This document shows positions 1 through 8,108 of a stretch of DNA of 36,677 nt, one piece after another. Origin of the DNA: Haloarculaceae archaeon (lineage in GTDB: Archaea > Halobacteriota > Halobacteria > Halobacteriales > Haloarculaceae); assembly GCA_036625635.1 (NCBI GenBank), contig JAZKTI010000001.1, positions 1 to 36,677 of the forward strand, given 5' to 3'. The position numbers were made by a program, and so were the translations under genes. The notes under the pieces are model-generated. The model was not told the DNA's origin. It saw nothing but the letters and a program-made list of their open reading frames with translations, and ran no database searches. Position 1 is the first letter of the stretch, and every line of letters starts with the position of its first letter.

Positions 1-197
1 TTGGTCCGGCGGTCGCGCTGGCCCTTCTCGACGAGGCCCTTGTCGACGAGCGTGTCCAGGTTCGGATACAGTCGGCCGTGGTGGATCTCTTTCTCGTAGT
101 AGTCCTCGAGTTCTTCCTTGATGGCGAGGCCGTGGGGCTCCTCCTTGCCCGCGATGACGTAGAGGAGGTCGCGCTGGAAACCCGTTAGGTCGTACAT
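1..197 (-). CDS. PadR-family winged-helix transcriptional regulator, N-terminal 65 codons (gene continues beyond the left edge)
   Basis: Reverse-strand ATG at 197-195. Translation MYDLTGFQRDLLYVIAGKEEPHGLAIKEELEDYYEKEIHHGRLYPNLDTLVDKGLVEKGQRDRRT fits the PadR pattern (G..I...........G.LYP.L..L...GL). Absent from the ORF track because no stop lies inside the window. Confidence 0.75.
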   Translation of the reverse strand, partial: MYDLTGFQRDLLYVIAGKEEPHGLAIKEELEDYYEKEIHHGRLYPNLDTLVDKGLVEKGQRDRRT

Positions 198-721
198 CGG
201 TAAAGTCTATCCGGAGGTTATTGTCGAAAAGTATTAAATATGTCGTTCCAGATACGAGATGGCTGACATGGGGAATCTCCGGAGTCACGTCCCGTCCTCC
301 TTCTGGAGGCCGGTGCCGGCCGTCCGTTCCCTTCAGGGCCCTGCTCCTGACCCGGGGCGGCCGATTCCTCCCCGGGGACCACGGGAGTCGTCTGCCGAAC
401 GCAGTCGAGCGAGTGGTCGGACCAACGATACGTCGTCCGTCGGTTCGTATCGAATAGGTATCGATCCCGACGTATCCTTCCCGCCTGTTTCCGGTCTAGC
501 AGGTCGAGCCTCCGCCGGTCGACCGGGCAAGCACGGGATGCGATCGAATGAGCAACCCCCGTTCCCGACGTGTGCCGGTTGAGCCCCCTCCCTGATCCCT
601 GGCGCGCGCTGGGTGGACCGGACTGGGTGTCCCCATGGTGTGCGGCTGTCCGGTCCGCGGAGGCTTCTCTCCGGTGGGAGTGACGCACAGACTTAATCCC
701 GCTACGCGCGTACTCCGGTCC

Positions 722-1000
722 ATGCCAGACGAAGTCCTCTTCGAGAGCGAGCGGGTCATGAACGCCTCTGCTGTCGGCAGTTACCTCCGGACCGTCGCGG
801 AGAAACTCGAATCGGGTGACTCCATCACGCTCGCTGCCGGTTCCGAGGAGTACACTGTCTCGCCGCCCTCCTCGGTCGAGTTCGAGGTCAAAGCCGAACG
901 GGAGGGACCGGCCAGCGGACCCGGCGAACTGAGCGTCGAGTTCGAACTGGAGTGGGACGAGGGGGCCGGCAATGGCGACGGTGACCTCTCGATCAGCTGA
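722..1000 (+). CDS. amphi-Trp domain-containing protein (92 aa)
   Basis: Internal ATG at 722 of ORF 635..1000. MPDEVLFESERVMNASAVGSYLRTVAEKLESGDSITLAAGSEEYTVSPPSSVEFEVKAEREGPASGPGELSVEFELEWDE... matches the haloarchaeal amphi-Trp architecture as I remember it. The upstream 29 codons are Cys/Arg/Gly-rich and not protein-like. Confidence 0.75.
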   Translation: MPDEVLFESERVMNASAVGSYLRTVAEKLESGDSITLAAGSEEYTVSPPSSVEFEVKAEREGPASGPGELSVEFELEWDEGAGNGDGDLSIS

Positions 1001-1115
1001 CGTCGGTTCCGAGCTGTACCGAAATGGTGCCGCCGTCTGTCGGCGATGTCAAAATCCCCCTCCGGACGGGTCTCGAGCGGTAAGGGGAGGCATCGCGACC
1101 GACGGTGGCAGGACT

Positions 1116-1258
1116 AACCAATCGACGGACATCCGTCTCGAATAATGGTTTGAAACAGTGAGGCGAAGCAGCCACGCGGTGAAAACCGCATGGCCGCTTG
1201 CCGCCCTGAATTGGTCCCCGCTGACGCTTCGGCCCTCCAAGCGAAGCGTCGTATTGGT
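1116..1258 (+). ncRNA. candidate structured RNA core (three hairpins closed by a 6-bp helix); class unknown, strand tentative
   Basis: Closing helix ACCAAT 1116-1121 / ATTGGT 1253-1258. Hairpin GACGG/CCGTC 1124-1137. A 41-nt irregular hairpin 1162-1202 is capped by a GAAA tetraloop (1181-1184). Perfect 9-bp hairpin GACGCTTCG/CGAAGCGTC 1223-1250. It lies in a 560-nt gap with no protein-like frame. Confidence 0.3.
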
Positions 1259-1674
1259 CAATCACCTCGACAGTCATAAATGTAACGGGATACCTCGGTT
1301 GGTGGGGAAATGAAAGCACCTGGGCCAACGACGGCGGCGGGATATTCCGGCCAAGGCAGCCTCAAGACCCCCGATATCTGGGGCCGATTTATTCGAAAAA
1401 CGGTACAAGCTTCCACCGGCCGAGACCGTCCGTTTCTCCCGCAGGGTTCTTCGACCACCCTCGGGGACCCGCGCAGGGTGGTCCGCCCACAGTATACCGA
1501 CTCCGACTCCAGGTCAGTCCCCGTGGGTCGCGGGAAGGGGTCCGATATTGCTTTACGGGTCATGGTGCCTGGCGATCACCGTCGGTGAGGATTCCCGGAC
1601 CGACGGACCGTCGACGAGGCCCAGATCGATGTCGGCAGTGTCCCCCGCGCGCCAGACGGCCATTTCGAGGGCGA

Positions 1675-1821
1675 CTACATGTGTTCCTCTTCGAGGACCC
1701 AACCCAGCGCCCGCTTGTAGAAGGTGAACATTTTGCGGACACCCTCGTGGTTCATCTCCTCGTCCGCCAACTGATCGGCCAGGAACTCGTATTGCTTGCG
1801 AATCTCGGCTTCCTCACGCAT
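1675..1821 (-). CDS. small hypothetical protein (48 aa)
   Basis: Below the ORF-track size cutoff; found by hand. ATG at 1821-1819, TAG at 1677-1675. MREEAEIRKQYEFLADQLADEEMNHEGVRKMFTFYKRALGWVLEEEHM is acidic, helical-looking, and has GC-rich third positions. The + strand ORF 1585..1827 looks like its antisense shadow. Confidence 0.4.
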   Translation of the reverse strand: MREEAEIRKQYEFLADQLADEEMNHEGVRKMFTFYKRALGWVLEEEHM

Positions 1822-1973
1822 GAATAGCCGTAGGACCGCCTCCCCCAAATGGGTTCCTCACTTGCAGGGTGCGGTATCCGTCCTGAAGGTGAGGTGGGTT
1901 GGATCCAGGGGGTGGCGTCCGAACCGGTGACGCCGGCCCGGCGTCTTTTGGTGGAGGCGGACGTACGGCCGCT

Positions 1974-2678
1974 ATGCGAGTTCGGGGCGAGCGAGAGTGT
2001 CAGTCCTGCGGGACCAGGTGGTCCTACTTCGAAACCGGGAAGGTCACCTGCCCAGACTGCGGGAGCCAGGTCAGCGTCGGCCTCAGCGAGCGCGTCGAAC
2101 ACACCGACGACCCCGTGGAATTCGACCTCTCGTCCGTCCGGGCCGCCATCGGCGAGGCGCCGCGCGAGGAGGTTGCCGAGGAGGCCGCGGCGGCCGCCCG
2201 GGACTACTGTCGTCGGTCGGGATTCGTCCACGCGGGCGAGATCGACCCGCTCTCGGAGACCTACCTGGCCGCCGCGGAACTCCGCGAGGTCGGCGTCACC
2301 GTGGCCCGCGGATTTGCGCTCGCCGAAGAGGAAGAGCTGTACTACCTCTCCCTCCTCCACGGCGCGGACCGGGGAGGCCGACCGGAGCCAGACGCCGTGC
2401 CAGAGTCCGTTCGTGACGACCGCGGGCGGGCAGTGGCTCGGGGCGTCGGGGCCTATCGGTCGGACCTCCGGAGGGCCGTCGAGGATCCGGAGCCGGCGGT
2501 GAGTCGGACGCTCTCCTCGCTGTCCGCCCACCGGAAGCGGGTGGACGCACTCGACGGGGACGTGCCACCGCGGGAGGCCGAGATTCTCGTGGCCGTGGCC
2601 CGGGACGTCGGCGGCTACCTCCGGGGCGAGGACGAGACTGCGCTCGCGCGAGCCGGCGACCGCCTCGACCGGCTCTGA
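1974..2678 (+). CDS. zinc-ribbon domain protein, conserved-hypothetical type
   Basis: ATG at 1974 inside ORF 1899..2678. The N-terminus MRVRGERECQSCGTRWSYFETGKVTCPDCGS carries a CxxC...CxxC ribbon, followed by an acidic Ala/Glu/Arg-rich helical body. Confidence 0.7.
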   Translation: MRVRGERECQSCGTRWSYFETGKVTCPDCGSQVSVGLSERVEHTDDPVEFDLSSVRAAIGEAPREEVAEEAAAAARDYCRRSGFVHAGEIDPLSETYLAAAELREVGVTVARGFALAEEEELYYLSLLHGADRGGRPEPDAVPESVRDDRGRAVARGVGAYRSDLRRAVEDPEPAVSRTLSSLSAHRKRVDALDGDVPPREAEILVAVARDVGGYLRGEDETALARAGDRLDRL

Positions 2679-2815
2679 GTCGGAGTCGCTCGGATGCTGG
2701 GGCTTCGGCCAGTGACTACGTTCGACTGCACCGCCACGACCGGCGAAGACCAGCCGCCGCTTCGGGACACCTCAGGGGCAGCGAGGCGCAATATTGGCCA
2801 CCGCCGACGGAGATC

Positions 2816-3457
2816 TCAGGGACAGGATTCGTCGGCGGCGGACGTCGCCTCGGATCCCTGCCGGAACGGCCTCGTCGCACCGGAGGCGATGGATACGAGC
2901 ATCGCCTGGCCGCCGTACCCGTGGGTCTGGTCGTGGCCGCGAACGAGGACGCAGTTCACGCCGTCTCGCACGTCGACGGTCGTGGACCGCGTGAACGGTC
3001 GCGTTCCGTGCGGGTGGGCGAGGTCCCGGCGGGCCAGGCGCTCGCCGGAGGGCGACTCGACCTGCCACCAGTTGGCGTATCCATCCTCGCCGTCGTCATC
3101 GTGGTACAGTGTCACGTCGAAGCGGACGCCGGTACCCGAACTCGCCATCTCGACACCGGTCACATTCGCCTCGGCGAGGTCCAGCGAGGTCTCTGTGGTC
3201 GTCGCGCTCGCCTCACCGACCGATGATCCAGTGTCGGCCCCAGTGGTGGTCCCGCCGCCATTCGCTGATCCGGTATCTTCGGCGGTGGGTGTTCCGCCAC
3301 CGTCCGACGATCCGGCGTCGGTGGTCGTGGTGACGCCATCTCCATCGGACGAACCAGGCTCGGTAGTCGTGGTGGCCCCCTCCCCGCAGCCTGCGAGGCC
3401 GACCGCGAAAGCCCCCAGCACGGTCCGACGGCGGAGCGGATGGGTCCGGTCGTTCAT
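2816..3457 (-). CDS. secreted Tat-signal lipoprotein with a Thr/Ser/Gly-rich linker, function unknown
   Basis: ATG at 3457 inside ORF 2816..3520. MNDRTHPLRRRTVLGAFAVGLAGCG gives a twin-arginine motif plus a lipobox (LAGC). A TTTT/GSSDG low-complexity linker follows, then a globular C-terminal domain. Confidence 0.7.
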   Translation of the reverse strand: MNDRTHPLRRRTVLGAFAVGLAGCGEGATTTTEPGSSDGDGVTTTTDAGSSDGGGTPTAEDTGSANGGGTTTGADTGSSVGEASATTTETSLDLAEANVTGVEMASSGTGVRFDVTLYHDDDGEDGYANWWQVESPSGERLARRDLAHPHGTRPFTRSTTVDVRDGVNCVLVRGHDQTHGYGGQAMLVSIASGATRPFRQGSEATSAADESCP

Positions 3458-3542
3458 CGCGTGGCCGGTTCGCCGGTGGACGTCATAAGCCCCCGGAGGC
3501 CTGGCGCGGGCGGCGGGCAATCGACCCGGTCAAGAAACGGTG

Positions 3543-4790
3543 TCAGTCGTACAGCGGGTGCGCGTCACAGAGTTCCCGGACTCGCGCTTCAACATCGGCC
3601 AGCACGGCCCCGTCGTCGGGATCGTCGACGACGTCCGCGATCAGATCGGCGACCTCGCGACAGTCGGCCTCGTCGAACCCACGGGTGGTGAGCGCGGGGG
3701 TGCCGACGCGGAAGCCGGAGGGTTCGAACGGCGAGCGGGTCTCGCCGGGGACGGTGTTGGCGTTCAGGACGATCCCCACATCGTCGAGGGCTTCCTCGAC
3801 CTCCTTACCCGTCGTCTCTGGATGTGAGGGCCGGAGGTCGACGAGCACGAGGTGGTTGTCGGTCCCGCCCGAGACCAGGTCCAGGCCGTGGTCCGCGAGT
3901 TGCTCTCCCAGCGCGACCGCGTTGGCGACGGTCTGCAGGGCATAGTCCTCGAACTCCGGGTCGAGGGCCTCGCCGAAGCCGACGGCTTTGCCGGCGATGT
4001 TGTGCATGAGCGGCCCCCCCTGCGTACCCGGGATGATGGCCGTGTCGAGCCGATCACCGTACTCCTCGTCGGCCATGATGATGCCACCGCGACCCGACCG
4101 GATCGTCTTGTGCGTCGAGCCGGTGACGACGTCCGCGACTCCGACGGGTGACTCGTGGACGCCAGCGGCGACCAGACCCGTTATGTGGGCGATGTCGGCC
4201 ATGTGGAGGGCATCGACGTCGTCGGCGATGGCCTGGAAGGCCTCCCAGTCGACCTCCCGGGGGAAGGCAGAGAAGCCCGAGATGAGCAGGTCCGGCCGGA
4301 ACTCCTCGGCCGTCTCCCGGATGTCGCCGAAGTCGAAGCGACCCGTCTGCTCGTCGACGTAATAGTGTTCGACCTCGTAGACCTGGCCGGCAAAGTTCTG
4401 CGGGTGCCCGTGACTCAGGTGTCCCCCGTGTGTCAGGTCGAGCGAGAGGATCCTGTCGCCCGGTTCGAGCAGGCCGACGTAAACCGCCATGTTGGCCTGG
4501 GACCCCGAGTGGGGCTGGACGTTCACGTACTCCGCCCCCCAGAGTTCCGTGGCGCGGTCGATGGCGAGTTGCTCGACCTCGTCGGCGTACTCGCAGCCGC
4601 CGTAGTACCGTTCCTCGGGATAGCCCTCGGCGTAGATGTTCGTCAGTTCCGATCCCTGGGCCTCGAGGACCGCCTCGCTGACGTGGTTCTCGCTCGCGAT
4701 CATCGCGAGGGTGTTGTTCTGTCGCGACCGTTCGCCCTCGAGGGCATCGGCGGCGGCTGGATCGACCTCACGGACGGTATCGTAGGTCAT
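3543..4790 (-). CDS. glyA: serine hydroxymethyltransferase
   Basis: The 415-aa ORF has SHMT motifs (ASENHVS, SLDLTHGGHLSHG, and the PLP-lysine region TGSTHKTIRSGRGG). Confidence 0.97.
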   Translation of the reverse strand: MTYDTVREVDPAAADALEGERSRQNNTLAMIASENHVSEAVLEAQGSELTNIYAEGYPEERYYGGCEYADEVEQLAIDRATELWGAEYVNVQPHSGSQANMAVYVGLLEPGDRILSLDLTHGGHLSHGHPQNFAGQVYEVEHYYVDEQTGRFDFGDIRETAEEFRPDLLISGFSAFPREVDWEAFQAIADDVDALHMADIAHITGLVAAGVHESPVGVADVVTGSTHKTIRSGRGGIIMADEEYGDRLDTAIIPGTQGGPLMHNIAGKAVGFGEALDPEFEDYALQTVANAVALGEQLADHGLDLVSGGTDNHLVLVDLRPSHPETTGKEVEEALDDVGIVLNANTVPGETRSPFEPSGFRVGTPALTTRGFDEADCREVADLIADVVDDPDDGAVLADVEARVRELCDAHPLYD

Positions 4791-4813
4791 GTCGCAGGCC
4801 TCGGCAGGCCGGG

Positions 4814-4824
4814 ATAATAAATTA
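4814..4824 (-). promoter_or_regulatory. TATA-like box upstream of glyA (near-leaderless arrangement)
   Basis: The AT-rich run ataataaatta sits about 25-30 nt upstream of the glyA ATG (4790) in an otherwise GC-rich region. Confidence 0.35.
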
Positions 4825-5078
4825 CCTTTCCGTAGGCACCGTGCGAGTTCATCCCACGATAGACCGCGGTCCCCGGCGATGTCCTATAATGAGCGGCCGT
4901 AGGGACCCTGTGTCGAATGCATTGTCCCGGTCCGGAACCGACCACCACGATGAACCTGGGTTCGACCGTCACGGTGAGCCCCGGACCGCCTATCACGAAG
5001 AGTCTGGAACCACCAGTCCGATGAGACCGAAACCGACCGTCCGGTTACAAACCAAGTAAGTTGCCTCCATGGTGGCCG

Positions 5079-5092
5079 TTAAAATTAAATAT
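5079..5092 (+). promoter_or_regulatory. TATA-like box upstream of the 5118 start
   Basis: ttaaaattaaatat is centred about 30 nt before the ATG at 5118, consistent with a leaderless haloarchaeal mRNA. Confidence 0.35.
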
Positions 5093-5117
5093 CCAAATTC
5101 TCTATATGTTTTATTAC

Positions 5118-5939
5118 ATGCTTCGATCGAACCAGATCGAGGATTCCGTCGAGGCGGTCGTCGCTGCCGGGATCCGCGAAGTCGAGGAGGATCTCCTCGC
5201 TGTCAACCCCTCCCGAGAGACCATCCGGGCGCTCGTCGAGACGGCCAGGGACGTCGAATCGCCACCGGCCGTCCGACTCCTGGCAGCCGAAGGCCCGGTG
5301 AAGGGGGTGATGGACGACTTTCTGGTCGCGAGCGTCGCCGCCGACCTCGTGGAGGAGGGGTCCCTCGCGATTCGAACCGTGGAGGCCGTTCCCCGGAACT
5401 CGCTGTTCGTCTCCGAAGCGTCCGTCGGCGCGCTCGTCACAGCCGGGCCACGCGTGGCAGCCCTGACGACAACGGCGGGTGAGTTCGTCTCGACGGCCGG
5501 AGACTACTACGACGACCTGTGGGCGGATGCGGACGACTACGGTCTCAGGACGCCGGCAATCTCCACCGTCCGTACCTCGCTGGGGGCCGACATCGGCGAG
5601 GAAGCGGCCGCGGACTTCGACGCGATCCTCGAGTCACTCGACTCCGCCCGGGGAAACGGGGAGGGCCTCGACGAGGTCACGATTAGTCTCCTGGTCGCCG
5701 CCAGGAACGACGAACTCCTCTACGACATCAGCAAGTGGGGCGAGGACGTTGGTCTCGCCAGCAAGGCCACCTTCTCCAGAACGAAGACGCGTCTCGAGGA
5801 CACCGGCCTCCTGGACACCGAGAAGGTCCCCATCGACGTTGGCCGGCCGCGGCTCCGGCTCAAGTTGGGCGACGACCGCCTCGCCGACGCAGACATCGAT
5901 GAACTCCCGAGCGTTGCCCACCGCCTGCTTGCTGCCTGA
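5118..5939 (+). CDS. conserved haloarchaeal protein with a C-terminal winged-helix-like segment (possibly a TbsP-type regulator)
   Basis: ATG at 5118 (MLRSNQIEDSVEAVVAAG...) inside ORF 5061..5939. The protein is acidic. The C-terminus KATFSRTKTRLEDTGLLDTEKVPIDVGRPRLRL resembles a wHTH recognition region. The family name is from memory only. Confidence 0.65.
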   Translation: MLRSNQIEDSVEAVVAAGIREVEEDLLAVNPSRETIRALVETARDVESPPAVRLLAAEGPVKGVMDDFLVASVAADLVEEGSLAIRTVEAVPRNSLFVSEASVGALVTAGPRVAALTTTAGEFVSTAGDYYDDLWADADDYGLRTPAISTVRTSLGADIGEEAAADFDAILESLDSARGNGEGLDEVTISLLVAARNDELLYDISKWGEDVGLASKATFSRTKTRLEDTGLLDTEKVPIDVGRPRLRLKLGDDRLADADIDELPSVAHRLLAA

Positions 5940-6104
5940 CCCAGGACGTCCCCTCCCTGGCTCCCACTCCCTTGCCGATGATTTCCCCCGTGGCCTCCCT
6001 GACCGGTATCCGCGTGCTGCCTGACCCCCGCCTCCTGGCGGGAACGCTCACCCGCTCGCTGGCCGACCCGACGCTTTTTCTGCCCTGCCGGCGACTCACG
6101 GTTC

Positions 6105-7808
6105 ATGATTGTCGGAATCGTCGGGACGGGCCCGGCCGCGGCCGCCGTCGAAGCTGCACTGACCGACGTCGAGGTACGGGCGGACCGTATCGACGTCGGC
6201 GACGTCGACGCCGTCGATCTCGCCGTGGTGGTCGCCCGGACCGGCGACGCGGTCTTCGAACGTGCCAACGAGCGGGCGATCGAGGCGGAACGCCCGTGGA
6301 TCGCCGCCGAACTGGGCGGCGTCGGCAGCTACCCGCTGATCGAGGCAGCGATCGCCGGCCTCGCTCCCAGCGGGCCCTGCTACGACTGCCTAGCGGGCCG
6401 CGTCGCTGCCAACCGGGACCCCGACGCCGAGGCGACGGCCGCGCCGGCCGCACACACCGTCCGGTTCGCCGGTGCCGTGGCAGGGCGGGCGGCCGCGAGG
6501 CTCGTGCGTGGGGCGGACCGGTCGATCCTCGGGACTGTCGTCGAGGTCGACGGTCCCCGCCGGCAACTCCTGACTCTCCCGGGCTGTGATTGCTCCTCCG
6601 GGGTCGGGGCCGAGCTGCCACGCGAGGACGTGACCAGGGACCTCGATGCCGCCCTCGGGCGGGCGGAGGGCGGCCTGGACGAGCGCGTCGGAATCGTCCA
6701 GGACGTCGGCGAAGCCGAGTCGTTCCCGGTTCCATACTACCTGGCGCGGAGTTGCGACACGGGTGGCTTCAGCGACGCCACGGCCAGTCGAGACGCCGCC
6801 GGCGTCGCCGCCGGCTGGGACGCGGCGTTCATGAAGGCACTCGGCGAGGCCCTCGAGCGGTACTGCGCGGGCGTTTATCGGACTGCGCCACTCGAGACCG
6901 CTCCGCCGTCGGATCTCGAACAGGCCGTCCCGCCGTCTGCTTTCGTCTGCGAATCGACGCCCGGGGCCGACGAGGCCCGGACCTGGATCGCCGGTGAAGA
7001 CCTCGCGACCGGCGACGATGTGCTCCTGCCGGCGGAACTGGTCCTCTATCCGCCACCGGCCGAGCGGATCCGGCCAGCAATCACGACAGGCCTGGGGCTG
7101 GGCAACGGCGGGATCGAGGCGGTTCTCGCCGGGCTCTCCGAGGTCATCGAGCGGGACGCGGCGATGCTGGCCTGGTACGCCACCTTCGACCCCCTCGAAC
7201 TGACCGTCGACGACGAGGCCTTCGCCGAACTGGTCGGGCGAGCCCGCTCTGAAGGCCTCTCGGTGACGCCACTCCTCCTGACGCAGGACGTGGACGTCCC
7301 CGTCGTCGCGGCCTGCGTCCACCGCGACGAGTGGCCCCGATTCGCGGTGGGATCTGCCGCGAACATGGATGCATCGCAGGCCGCCACGGCCGCGCTGGCG
7401 GAAGCGCTCCAGAACTGGGTCGAACTCCGGGGGATGGGGCCCGACGACGCCGCCGAGGCCAGCGGGCGCATCGGCTATTACGCGGACCTGCCCGACGCGG
7501 CGGCCGCGTTCATCGACGTCGACGCCGCGGTCCCGGCGGCCTCGGTGGGGCCGGCGGAACCCCCGACGGGAGCCGAGGCAATGGAGGAACTGCTCGACCG
7601 CCTCGCAATGGCCGATCTCTCGGCCTACGCGGCCCGACTCACGACCCGCGACGTCGACTCGCTGGGGTTCGAGGCGGTCCGGGTGCTCGTCCCGGCCGCC
7701 CAGCCGCTGTTCTTCGGGGACCCGTACTTCGGCGAGCGGGCCCGGTCGGTTCCGGCGAGCCTGGGATTCGACCACGCACCCGACCGGCCGCACCATCCCT
7801 TCCCCTGA
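6105..7808 (+). CDS. ycaO: YcaO-like family protein fused to an N-terminal E1/ThiF-like Rossmann domain
   Basis: 567-aa ORF. The N-terminus is MIVGIVGTGPAAAAV...GPCYDCL. The YcaO core shows GEALERYC..., GLGLGNGGIEAVLAGLSEVIERDA and FAVGSAANMD. Confidence 0.85.
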   Translation: MIVGIVGTGPAAAAVEAALTDVEVRADRIDVGDVDAVDLAVVVARTGDAVFERANERAIEAERPWIAAELGGVGSYPLIEAAIAGLAPSGPCYDCLAGRVAANRDPDAEATAAPAAHTVRFAGAVAGRAAARLVRGADRSILGTVVEVDGPRRQLLTLPGCDCSSGVGAELPREDVTRDLDAALGRAEGGLDERVGIVQDVGEAESFPVPYYLARSCDTGGFSDATASRDAAGVAAGWDAAFMKALGEALERYCAGVYRTAPLETAPPSDLEQAVPPSAFVCESTPGADEARTWIAGEDLATGDDVLLPAELVLYPPPAERIRPAITTGLGLGNGGIEAVLAGLSEVIERDAAMLAWYATFDPLELTVDDEAFAELVGRARSEGLSVTPLLLTQDVDVPVVAACVHRDEWPRFAVGSAANMDASQAATAALAEALQNWVELRGMGPDDAAEASGRIGYYADLPDAAAAFIDVDAAVPAASVGPAEPPTGAEAMEELLDRLAMADLSAYAARLTTRDVDSLGFEAVRVLVPAAQPLFFGDPYFGERARSVPASLGFDHAPDRPHHPFP

Positions 7809-7940
7809 GTCGCCCCAAGCCTCCGGCCGACACCAGCGTCCTGGCAGCCAGCCGACAGACGGGCGATTTAAGGCCGCCCGTGCCGTGTGTTATCAGGTCG
7901 GGTTGGCGTTCTGCGAGCTCGCCGCCCGCCAGTACCAGAT

Positions 7941-8108
7941 ATGGTTTCCGAGTTCGACCTCCCCTGTACGGTCTGTGGCGCCACTCTCTCGCGATCCACC
8001 CTCGCCGAGGACGACGGTGGCGTCCCGGTGGCGGTCTGTCCCGACTGCGGGAGTCGCCACTACCCGGAGACGGCACTCGAGGTACTCGGGGCCACCCGCG
8101 GTCGCTGA
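7941..8108 (+). CDS. small zinc-ribbon protein (55 aa)
   Basis: ATG at 7941 inside ORF 7887..8108. MVSEFDLPCTVCGATL...VAVCPDCGSRHYPE has a CxxC...CxxC pattern. A TTTAAG box at about 7866-7872 lies upstream. Confidence 0.55.
   Translation: MVSEFDLPCTVCGATLSRSTLAEDDGGVPVAVCPDCGSRHYPETALEVLGATRGR

Noticed and set aside
1001-1562. Identification of the helix-rich gap as RNase P RNA, SRP (7S) RNA or a group II intron (the 1166-1199 hairpin has domain-V-like length, a GAAA loop and a 5' AGC).
   Set aside because: No GGAAAGUCC / ACAGAA..CGGCUUA-type P4 strands are present on either strand. No GGUCCGGAAGG-type SRP helix-8 motif is present, and the order of the UGUAAC-like and AGCAGCC-like words is wrong for SRP. 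The hairpin has symmetric 1x1 mismatches where domain V has a 2-nt bulge. An intron would also have to begin inside the intact amphi-Trp gene.
5930-6027. 13-nt repeat TGCTGCCTGACCC at a gene stop and 85 nt downstream, as an independent feature.
   Set aside because: A 13-mer recurrence is not clearly beyond chance in GC-biased DNA. It is kept only as weak supporting detail for the window-wide duplication pattern.
7941-8108. The 55-aa zinc-ribbon ORF as the precursor peptide of the YcaO enzyme.
   Set aside because: Its four cysteines form two CxxC pairs typical of a structural zinc ribbon. There is no leader/core organisation or Cys/Ser/Thr-rich C-terminal core. It appears to have its own promoter. 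It is mentioned only as something to test by co-conservation.
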